Shown here: positions 22,646-40,589 of the stretch, piece after piece
Numbering within the stretch: position 1 is the stretch's first letter
How the letters are laid out: every line of letters starts with the position of its first letter
Assembly: GCA_002104945.1 (NCBI GenBank)
Contig: MCFH01000031.1
Coordinates: 496,001 to 560,000, forward strand
Direction of reading: 5' to 3'
DNA from: Piromyces finnis finn
Lineage: Eukaryota > Fungi > Neocallimastigomycota
DNA: 64,000 nt
The notes under the pieces: model-generated
Seen by the model: the letters and a program-made list of their open reading frames with translations, nothing else
Told to the model about the DNA's origin: nothing
The model's database searches: none
Made by a program: the position numbers and the translations under genes

Positions 22646-23303
22646 TTTACTTTATTTTTTTTTTTAATTTCAAAAATTTAATAATTAGTTTTCCTACTTC
22701 TTTTTTACTTTTTTTTTTTTTTAACAATAATAAATCATGAGTTCAAAGTTGACGCTTAAATAGTTCCTTTGCTACTCATGGAATTCAGAAAGATAATTTT
22801 TATTTAATAAACTACAATGATTTTTAACATAATTCATTCCCTTAAAGTATAAATAATAGAATTTTTAATTTAATAGAATTAATTTATGATTTATGTTACA
22901 CTAGAATAATGGAAATTGTTAGAAATAAAGTTTAATTTACATTGCACAAAATATATTTATATTTATTTATAATAAAATAATTAATATTTAAATATTTGTA
23001 AACGTATTATGGCGCAATGTAAATAATGTATATATGAATGTAAATGTAAATAATCATGTATCAATATAAATATTAAATGTAATTAATATATATTAAAAAA
23101 GGAGTCCTTTAATAAATAAAATTAACCATAAATATTAACAGAAATTAATAAAAGTAAACGTAAACAATATTTATTTTTAATTTGATAATAAATTTAATTA
23201 TTATTAAAATACTATTAATACTAGATTACTTATATTAAACTTTAATTAATAATAAAATTATAATGTCAATTACTAATCTACCATTTTCAACTATGTTAAA
23301 GGT

Positions 23304-23346
23304 CTGGCTAAAGTCAAATTTTGCCTGGCTAAAAAGTCTGGCTAAA
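23304..23346. repeat. Cluster of three CTGGCTAAA 9-mers
   Basis: Copies at 23304, 23325 and 23338, followed by a TGGCCAAAA variant and AAATCTAG at ~23355, ~23445 and ~23555. Confidence 0.7.
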
Positions 23347-24481
23347 ATGGCCAAAAATCTAGGATTTATACTAAATCATTATATTATCCATATAATATTT
23401 CCCATCTTAATTTCATAATAAAAAGTATTACTTAAAGCAGCTAAGAATCTAGATTTATACATAAAATTTCCATTATGAATTATATTCATTTAGAATGTAA
23501 TTGATATATTGTTAGATTTTTGATATTTTTATTAAAGGTTAGAAAAATCACAAAAAATCTAGTATAATTTCAAAATTTTTTTTTTTTTTTTTTGATATGT
23601 ATCATGGTGTTGGAAAAATTTATAATGTTTTTATTAGTAGTAGTATTTATTTTAAGAAAGGGTAAATTTGTGAGCTAAAAATGATAAAGGGTAAAATAAT
23701 ATTAATACAAAGGCTATTTCAAAGATGATTAATATTTGTATAAAACTCAGTTGAAAGATATGGATTAATGTCATTAACGAATAATAACTGAATGACTTTT
23801 AAAGTGAGAAAAGAAAGAAAAATAAATTTAATTTGAAATATTTTATATCATTATTACTAATATTAGTTTAATTTTACTTAGTAGTTAGAATTAATATTTT
23901 ATGATTTTTTCATTTTTTCATTTTTTTTATTTAATAAAAATAGTTCAAAATATTATATATTCAAAAATAATCTTTTTATTAATATTATTATACATAATTA
24001 CATTACTAAATGAAAAAAAATTACATATTATATATTTTTTATTATTTTTTTTTTTTTTTACTTTTTTTTTTTTATTAAAATAATGTAATCTCAATCAATT
24101 TTGAAAATAAAACTAATTATTTATTATTATTTTATTATTTAGAAAAATAATTTTATATTATTTTCATTTTTATTATATAGAGTATTTCTGTATATATATA
24201 CATACATATTTATATGATTTTTCATTATATATATATATAATAAGAAATAGTAATATTATATATATAGTTAAATAACTAATTTTAATTTCTACTATGACAT
24301 GTTCATTGGTATTATAATAATTGGTATAATTAGTATTAGATTGACAAGAACAAGAATCATTATGTTATTGCTCATTGATATTAATATTATTTAATGATAA
24401 TGCTTGACTAGTAGAGAATGTATTATTTATATCATTTTCTATACTAATGGTATAATTAATAGGAATAGTCTCATTCTTATT

Positions 24482-25771
24482 TTAATGATAATTAGAAGAC
24501 ACTGCTTGGGTAATATCTAAACATAATTCATCACATTGCTCTTTTAATGGAATAGTTTGATAATCTTGTGATTGTTTTACACCTGAAGTAGTATTTTCAT
24601 TTGAAAGCAAATGTTGAACGGTATTAAGGGAAACTTCTGGATCCTGACAATTAGAAGTATCTTCTACTGTGGTGGAATTTCTTTCAAAAGAGGATGTATT
24701 TGATGAGGGTTGATAATTCCTTACATTATTATTGTTACAATCATGTACTTCAATACTATAATGATCTTCTGGAATATCAGCTACTGATGTTGGATAATAT
24801 ATTGATATTGATGCATTATCCGCACAATGATGTCTTCTTCTTCTTTGTCTTCTGATGGAATTAGAATGATGATGACGTCTAAAAACATTTAATCTTGAAC
24901 TATGACGACTTGATTCACGAAGATGACGACGAAAATGATTATGATGATTTAAATTCGGATTTGATTCAAAGTTTGTCATTAAGTGAAGGGAAGAAGTTGA
25001 AGAGGAGTGTGAAGTGGTAGAAAGAATAGAATTATTTTGTGAATCTTGGAAACGATAGTTATTAGGTGAGTTGGTATTTGGAAAGCGATTAGAATGACGA
25101 CGATGAATAATAAAGAATCTTCTTAATCTTTTACGATTTCTTCTTATGTTTTGATTATTTGTCGATGGGGATCTTGATAAAAATGGTAACAAGGAAAAGG
25201 ATGGATCTTGGGGTAATACAATCATACCTTTTGTGGTAATTCTTGGTTGAGTCAAGGCGATATCATAACAAGGAGGAGGAATATGTGGCATATTTTCTTT
25301 TTGTGGAAATGGTACTGGTATGATTGAGGTAGATGGCATTGAAGAATAAGAATCTTCTTCTTCTTCTTCTTGATTTTCCGTGTTTTCATGATGAGTAGAT
25401 TGTTGAGTCATTTGTTGTGCTGATGCTTCATTTAGTCTATTAATTATATTCATAGTATCCCTGGGGATAGTACTAATAGTATTATTAGATTGAATATAAT
25501 TAGATAAATTTATCTCAGCTTCAGTTGGGATTTCTCTTTCTTGATATTGTGGTAATGGTTCTATATCTTCAACTCGTCTAATTTCTTGAATACCTTCACA
25601 TCCTAATTCCTCCAATTTCTTTGAAAATATACGAATACCCATAATAATAAGAATGATTAAAATTAAGGATACTATTCCAACAATTAATATTGAAGTACCA
25701 TCAATAACATGATCATCCACAGAAGTTCTATTATAATTTTCAATTTCGAAATTGTCGTAAAATCCATCCAT
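24482..25771 (-). CDS. Single-pass membrane protein with cytoplasmic PY motifs and His/Arg/Ser-rich low-complexity tail, single exon
   Basis: 429 aa. One N-terminal TM helix (ILIVGIVSLILIILIIMGI) followed by LPQY and PPPCY motifs. No recognisable globular domain. Confidence 0.75.
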   Translation of the reverse strand: MDGFYDNFEIENYNRTSVDDHVIDGTSILIVGIVSLILIILIIMGIRIFSKKLEELGCEGIQEIRRVEDIEPLPQYQEREIPTEAEINLSNYIQSNNTISTIPRDTMNIINRLNEASAQQMTQQSTHHENTENQEEEEEDSYSSMPSTSIIPVPFPQKENMPHIPPPCYDIALTQPRITTKGMIVLPQDPSFSLLPFLSRSPSTNNQNIRRNRKRLRRFFIIHRRHSNRFPNTNSPNNYRFQDSQNNSILSTTSHSSSTSSLHLMTNFESNPNLNHHNHFRRHLRESSRHSSRLNVFRRHHHSNSIRRQRRRRHHCADNASISIYYPTSVADIPEDHYSIEVHDCNNNNVRNYQPSSNTSSFERNSTTVEDTSNCQDPEVSLNTVQHLLSNENTTSGVKQSQDYQTIPLKEQCDELCLDITQAVSSNYH

Positions 25772-28268
25772 AATGACTATTTTTCTTGTTATATATATAA
25801 TATAGTTACTATTGTATAATAAATTGGATTAATATTGGTATTTTTTATTTTTTGTTTTAAAAATATACATGTAGTTATATTTTGTAAAATAATGTATAAT
25901 TTTAATTTTTCTTTAATAATAATAACAAGTTATTGATAAATATATTGGTATTGGTATTGATATTAGAAACTAATAATATACATATACATTTATATTACAT
26001 ATATATTATTAATATTTGAATTTTTTTTTTATTAATTATATTATAGTGATAACTAATAAAATTTATATAACTTTAAAACTTTTTTTTTTTGAATATTAAC
26101 ATTATTATTATTAGTATTATTATAATTAGTATTTATTTTATTTTTTATTTTTTTATATTTTAATTTATTAAACTTATTTTGCTTGTTTTTAAAAGTTATT
26201 TTCAATTTCTATTATATATATATATATTTTTTATATTATATTTCTTTTTATTAAATAATTGTGATATTTATATGTTGTTATTACTATTGTTATCAAAAGT
26301 TGATTTTATTATAATTGTAATATTACGAATTAATCCATAAAAGTTATTAATAAAATTGTAAAATTTGGTATGTAAAAAGGTTGGAATTATATATAATTAA
26401 CAATATAATTATTGAATGTATTAAACAGAATATTGGATTGTAGAAAATAATTAAGAATTACAAAGCAGTAGAAAAGTATTAAAAATTTATGAATTTATGT
26501 ACAATAATAAAATAATTTCAACTTTTTTTTTTTTTTGTATTTGAATTAGTTCTTAAAAATTCATAAAATTTGAATTATTAACAATTGAAATGAAAAAAAA
26601 GTATTAAATAATATTATTCGAGACTAAAACATAAAAAAATATTATATATTTAAAGTAATTGTATTTCTAATTAGGAGAACTGAATCATTTACATAAAGTA
26701 ATTAATTATAATTTCAAAAATTAGTATATATTATAATTAAATTATGCTGTTTTGTTTTAACAAGTTTTAACAATAATAATAATAATAGTATAATTGATAT
26801 ATGTTGCTTATTTTTTTTTTATATTGGTATAATAATGTCTTTATATCTCTTAATATTTAATATTGTATAAAAGGGCCAACTTTCTTAAACTTGTACTTTA
26901 TATGAAAATTAGCTTCTCTTTCCTTTTTGATATAATAAATTTGACAATTTTCTTTATTTCTTATCACAACTATTTTTTCTTGACTTTATTTTTTTTTTAA
27001 AAAAAGAAAAGTTTCAATACCAATGTTATAATATTTTACACATTTTTTTTATAGCTTTATTTTAATTTTAGTATTATTACAGACTTTTTTTTTTTGAAAA
27101 CAAAAAAAAGAAATAAAGAAAAATTTTTTTATATTGCTTTTATTTTATTTTTAACTATTTTTTTATACTTTTTATTTTTGTTATATTTTATTTTTATGTA
27201 AAAACATCTTCAATTTTGCTATTTTTTATGGTTTTTTTTTATTTTATTTTATTTTATTTTTTATTTTATTTTACTTTTTTCTTTTTTTTTTTTTTTTTGT
27301 TTTTTAAATTTTTAATTAAATATTTTTAATAAAAATATTATATTCTAATATATAATATAAATATATTAATTTTAAATAGAAAATTTAATTTAAATTTTAA
27401 AGTTTGAACAATTACAAAAAAATAAATTAAAATCTTTTAATTAAAAATTTGAAATACTATTTTTTTATGTGATAAGAAAGTTAATAATGTTTTTATATAA
27501 AAGTATATAAAAAAAAAGAGTCATAACTAATTTAACTGTGATTCCATGTATTTATATATATATCTTTAAAATAAATATTATCGAATTATTGAAAGTAGTA
27601 TTGTTATACTTTAGGATTTTTATTTCAATTATGCCTAATCATTTTGGAAGAAATTTGTATAAACTCTACATTAGTATTAAACATTAAATGTATATTACCT
27701 CAAAAAAGGTAACATCATACCATTTGTCAAAGATTTATATATTATCAAAATTAATATAGATTTGTTGATTATTAGTATCTTATAATTTGTTATCATCCGT
27801 TTTATAAAATTGAAAAGTAAGAAAAAACATAATATATATTAATAATAATTAAGAAAAAAAAAAAAATACATTAATTTAACTATATTTGTACATGTGTAAT
27901 AATCTAGTTTGAAAATTAATTTTTTAAAAGAAACATTATCATTTTAATTACTCATACTATATTCTCTTTTAGAAAAAAACATAATAATTATATTATATAT
28001 AGAAAAAAAAACTACAAAATGATAAAGTTTTTTTTTTTTATAACTTTGGAAATTAATTCAGTTGTTTTTATATAATTTTTTTTGTTGCTGTTATCATTAT
28101 AATTAGAACTATTCATATAGAAAATAAATTACTTTTCACATCGTTTAAAAAAAACTGGAACAATAATTAAATTAGTATAAATGAAGAAAACTTAAAATAA
28201 TAATAATATTGTAAAAAATTATTTAGTCATTATATTTTAATTGATCGAAAAGTAAAAAAACTACTTTT

Positions 28269-28302
<34 letters not shown>

Positions 28303-29319
28303 ATCAATATGCATTACATTTAAAATACAGTACTTTTTTTTTTATTTTAATCAATCTTTTTATGTATAATTATTATTATGTATTCATATGCCTTTTATAC
28401 TTTTAATTCTTAATCTAAAAATGTTAAAAGCTGTATTTTTTTTTTTTTTTGAATTTTATTATATAAATTATTGAAAGTGTATGAAAATTTTACAATAAAG
28501 TTCTGTTAATTTTTAGTTTATTCCTAAAAATTTTTTTATTTTTAAACTGAGAAAAAAAAAAAAGAATATGATTTATATATATATATATATATAGATATAT
28601 AATGTATATATATAATGAAAATAAAAGAGCTTAAAATCTTATTAAGTGTACACTAATAATAAAATAAATCATATATAAAACTAGCACCATCAACTAAAAA
28701 AAGCTTTCAGTTTTTTTTAACATTTTTTATATGAATTAATAAATAAATAATATATTATAATATATTATAGAATACATATAATTATATTTCTACTAATATA
28801 TTTTAATATATTTAAATAATAGAAATGTTTAAATATTCAAACCATACAATAAAGAAGGGTATGAGTGTTATTGAATAGTTTTATATTAATCATCATGATA
28901 TGTATTCAATAAAAAAATGAAAATAAATCTATATATATATAAAGTATGATATTAAAAAAAACATTTATTTTTATTCTATGTAATAATTAACAATTATACT
29001 TTATTATTATTTTATTTCTTTTTTTAACTTTATATTAATTAGTATAGAATAATATTATAAATAAAAAATATTATTGTTAGATAATTTACAAAAATATTAT
29101 GAATATGTTTTCGCTTCGTTTTTTTTCCCCTTAAAAGAAAAAAAAAATTATAAAATCTTAGTGTAAAAATGAATATAATTAAAAATGCTATGAATTAAAT
29201 AATATAAAAAATAGAAATCATATAAAATAAATGTATTATTATTTTGTTAATATTAAAAGTGTAACCACTCTAAAACTATAATTATGAAAAAAAAAAAAAA
29301 AAAAATAAAAATTTTAAAA

Positions 29320-36513
<7,194 letters not shown>

Positions 36514-36805
36514 TTTTTAATTCTTTATATATAATTTGTTATTATTTTTTCTCTATAGTTGTGTTTAAACTAATTATTTATAATTAACATAATAAAAATC
36601 TAATAAACCATAAAAGTTTTTATTATTTTTTGTTTCTATATTTTAAATATTTATTTCTTAATATTATTTAAATATTATTATTGTGACTATTTTTTGTTTA
36701 GTTTTTCTCTTTTATGTAAGCTTCTTTCGTATCAATAACAATTTATTTAAATTTATTAAAATATAAAAAAAATAAAAAAAAAACAATTTTTTAATTAAAA
36801 AAATT

Positions 36806-36841
36806 TAAAGTTTGAAATATTAATAAATATTTCAAACTTTA
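36806..36841. repeat. Perfect 16-bp inverted repeat with 4-nt loop, ~300 bp upstream of CFAP251
   Basis: TAAAGTTTGAAATATT-AATA-AATATTTCAAACTTTA. Confidence 0.85.
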
Positions 36842-37722
36842 TTTAATAATAAATAATTGGTTTTATTTATATATTCATTTTTGGATTAGGCTATTCACAA
36901 ACGGAAATGAGTAGAAATGACTTTGAAAAAAAAAAAATACAACAAAACTATAATTATTATACACTTTACCTTTATTATGCATTTTATATCAAAAGATAGT
37001 TTAATTTTATTAAACAAAATCAAGTATTCAAAATAGAATTTTTTATGTTTATTTAATAAAATATCTTTTTATTTCTATTTAAAAAAAAAAAGAAAATAAA
37101 TAGTAATGTTTCTTCCTTACTAATTTTATAAACATTATATTAACATTAAAAAGCTATTCCAAATTATTCCTTACTTTTCGTTTAATAGTATAAAGTTATC
37201 CATTACTTTTAAATTTAGTATAAGTCATTACATTATTACATAAATCTGATTTATTAACCAACCATGTTGCTTTTTTTTTTTTTTTTTTTAATCTCTATTT
37301 GATGCCTATTGCTTGTCAATAATTTAACAGTATTTTTAAAAATCTTGTATTTGTTCAATTAACTATAGATGTTAAGATTTTTTCTCTAAAGTATAAATTT
37401 GTATAATAGAATTGCTGTATCTTAAAATATTAAGATTTTAAAGTAGTGGCATAATGATAAGAATAATTTGAAAGTTTTTTCATTTATTCAAAATTTTGTA
37501 GTATATTTATTATTTTATATTTACTATAAAACTATTTCTAAAGAATCATCAATCTTTAGAGATTTTTTCAATATCTTGTAATTAAAATGTAATTTTAATA
37601 ATAGAAAAAAAGTCTTGTTGGTGGTTTACTCTTTCTTTCTTTCTTTAACTAATTAATTACATTATATTTAATGTTGTATACAAAAACCATTTTTAACTTT
37701 TTACATTTTAATGTATTTCATT

Positions 37723-37824
37723 CTTACTATTGTATACAAAATTTTATTTACATTTTAATACATCATTACCTGATTCATATTTTAATTGTATACATTATTA
37801 CTTACTATTGTATACAAAATTTTA
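37723..37824. repeat. 24-bp perfect direct repeat, 78 bp apart
   Basis: CTTACTATTGTATACAAAATTTTA at 37723-37746 and 37801-37824, with a partial ATTGTATACA between them. Confidence 0.85.
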
Positions 37825-38334
37825 GTTTTTTTTAAAATGATTTATTATTATTCAACCATTATATATTATACATGAAACATTTTTAATAAAAATCTATATT
37901 TCAAAAATATTGATTCATCTATTAAATAAAAAATTTTTTTCCTATTGTTTTTTAAGAGATTAGATTTCTTTAACAACAACAACAACAGCAACCACAAGAA
38001 AAACCATGCTTAATTATTCTACCCAAAAAAGTATAGTAGAATAGAAGTTTTTCCATTTAATTTATATTAGATATTATATTTTAAAACACAAAGTGTAGGG
38101 AAACTTTAACTTTTTTTTATGATCCATTATTTATTCATATATTATCCAATATATATTATATAATATATTAAATTTATTATTTATGTTTTACTGATAAACT
38201 TTAATATTAATAAAAGAAAAAAAATTTATGGTTTAATGGATAGGATGGGATAAAACATAAATAATAAATATTATATTCATCTTTTTAAAAAGTTAGATTA
38301 TAATGGTATTTTTAAAGTAAAATACTATATAATG

Positions 38335-38522
38335 AAAAAGGAAAGGCTGCATCTTGATTATTTTGACAGCCATGCCTTTTAAGAAAAAAACTACCTTACA
38401 GAAATACTACATACTTTTATATTTTGCGGCGGCGGTATGTTAAACCTTTTAATAGAGTTGCTTGGTTACCTTTTATGGTAGTTATCTATCATTTTTAGGT
38501 AAGAGGAGGAGGTGTATTTGAT
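38335..38522 (+). other. GC-enriched structured island; possible decayed organellar group I intron core
   Basis: Pairings GGCTG(38345)/CAGCC(38367), AACTACC(38389)/GGTAGTT(38477) and CATAC/GTATG. It has an R-like CCTTACAGAAATAC, an S-like GAGGTGTATTTG and the motif GCGGCGGCGGTATGTTAAA. The family assignment rests on recollection, not on a search. Confidence 0.35.
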
Positions 38523-40589
38523 ATTAATTACAAATATAATATATTTATTATATCTATTATTGAGTAAATTAATATTGTTTATGTTAATATTTTATTAATA
38601 ATATATTAGAATTAATTTATTAATATAATATACTATTCTTATTTTATTTATATATTTTATAATAATATTGATGATATATTAAAAGAATATTTGATTATAT
38701 AATTATAAATGAATTTATTCAAATAAAATATAAATAATATATATGTCTGAAAATTATATATAAATAGTATAATTATTGTTATACACCAATAAAATTAATT
38801 TATTTAATAAATTAATTATATATTATGAATATAATCAAATATATTTATATATTTATATTATTACTATTTTCAGATTCAATTTATTCTAATAATTGTAAAG
38901 ATTAATAATAAATTTTAATTTAGATGAAGGAATCTCTAATAAAAATAAACTATAGAACAATTATATAATTATCGAATAAATTAAGAATAAAGGTAAAATT
39001 TAATAATGATTAATGAGGATTTTAGGCTTTCATGGTAAAAAAAAAAGTTACAAATTTAGTACATTTAATGTAAAAAACTATAATAGTATCTCATCAATTA
39101 TCATTAAAAAAACAAATGATCTTATTTCTTTAAAAAAGGTTATTAGATATAGTTTTTGATAGATATAATTTTTAAAAAAAAATTCATATGCTAAAGAGTT
39201 AGAGAATTATGTAAAAAGATTTTGTTACAATATTTCCAAGTTTTATGATGAATCAACCAATAAAAAAACTGTATTATTATTGTTATTATTCTATTCTACC
39301 TTTTAACTAAAAGCAACATCATTTATAGGCACATATAGACCAGACTAAACCACTTTGATTTAGTTTATTTTCTTTTTTTTTTTTTAAAAAATAGTTCTTT
39401 CACATTTTTTTCTTCTTTTTAAGGATGTTTATTATAATTCGTATTATTTTTATGGTTAATTTATATTTTAATAATAATTAATATGTATTTAATAGATCTA
39501 AAATATTAATTCCTTTTTTTTTTTTTAAAAAAAATTTAGATATTTGACTGTTTTTGATGTGTTTTATTTTTATGAAAAATAATAATTTAGATATATTATT
39601 TACTATTTTTTAAATAATAATATTAATTAAAAGTTATAATTACAACGTTTTAATGCACTTTTAGTAAAAAAAATATTATTAAGTTGATAAAAGTTTTAGT
39701 ACACTTTTTACTATTTAGTTGAACTTAACTTTCAAAATCCTGTTTAATCAATACCAATGTATTTACTTTTTCTTTTTATTGTATAACACTTTGATGGTTT
39801 AATATAATTTTAATTTAAATTTAATATATTTTTTATAAATTAAAATTTAATATAGATGTAATATTTAATAATTCTATATGTAAATAATTAATTAAATAAT
39901 CTAATTTATAATTAATAAACTTTATCATTATAGGGAAATATATTTATTATAAAAATATAGTAAAAATAATATGTAAAAATTATAGAAATGATTAAATTAT
40001 ATATATTAATTAAATAATATAATAATAATTATTTTATATTCTATTCATCTCATATATTAAATAAAAAAAATGCTTTTTTATAATAATATCGAAATAATAT
40101 TTCCTGATTTATATATATAATTAAAAATTTCTTTATTCTTTATGCTTAATTTTTTTTTAAAAAAATAGTATTTTTATAACTAGCAATTGAATAAAAATTT
40201 CTTTTTTAATAATATTATTAAAAAGAAAATAACAAATATAGACTATTTGTTTTAAAACAAATGCAATAATAATAATAATAATAATAAAACATATATATGT
40301 CATTTTAATCCTTATTATTACACTAAATATAAAGTATATATCAATATCTTTTAAATAATTATTGTTGTAAAATCAATTATTGATGATATTTATAATACCT
40401 ATAATATATATATAAAGTTTTTTTTTATGTTTTGAAATATTTAATATTAATTTATATATCATTATCATTTTATAAATATAATGTTATTTTTATATTTAAA
40501 TTATAAAGTAATTTAAATAAAATTAATTAATTATTATAATTGTTATTTTATTCTTTATTTATATAAAGGTTATATTTAAATAGTAAAAA

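Noticed and set aside
37120-37590. Minus-strand frame with several TGA codons readable as Trp (DWWFF, NKWK, NYWQAIG, CNKC)
   Set aside because: The frame also has many TAA/TAG stops, at about the density expected in random DNA this AT-rich, and no family is recognisable.
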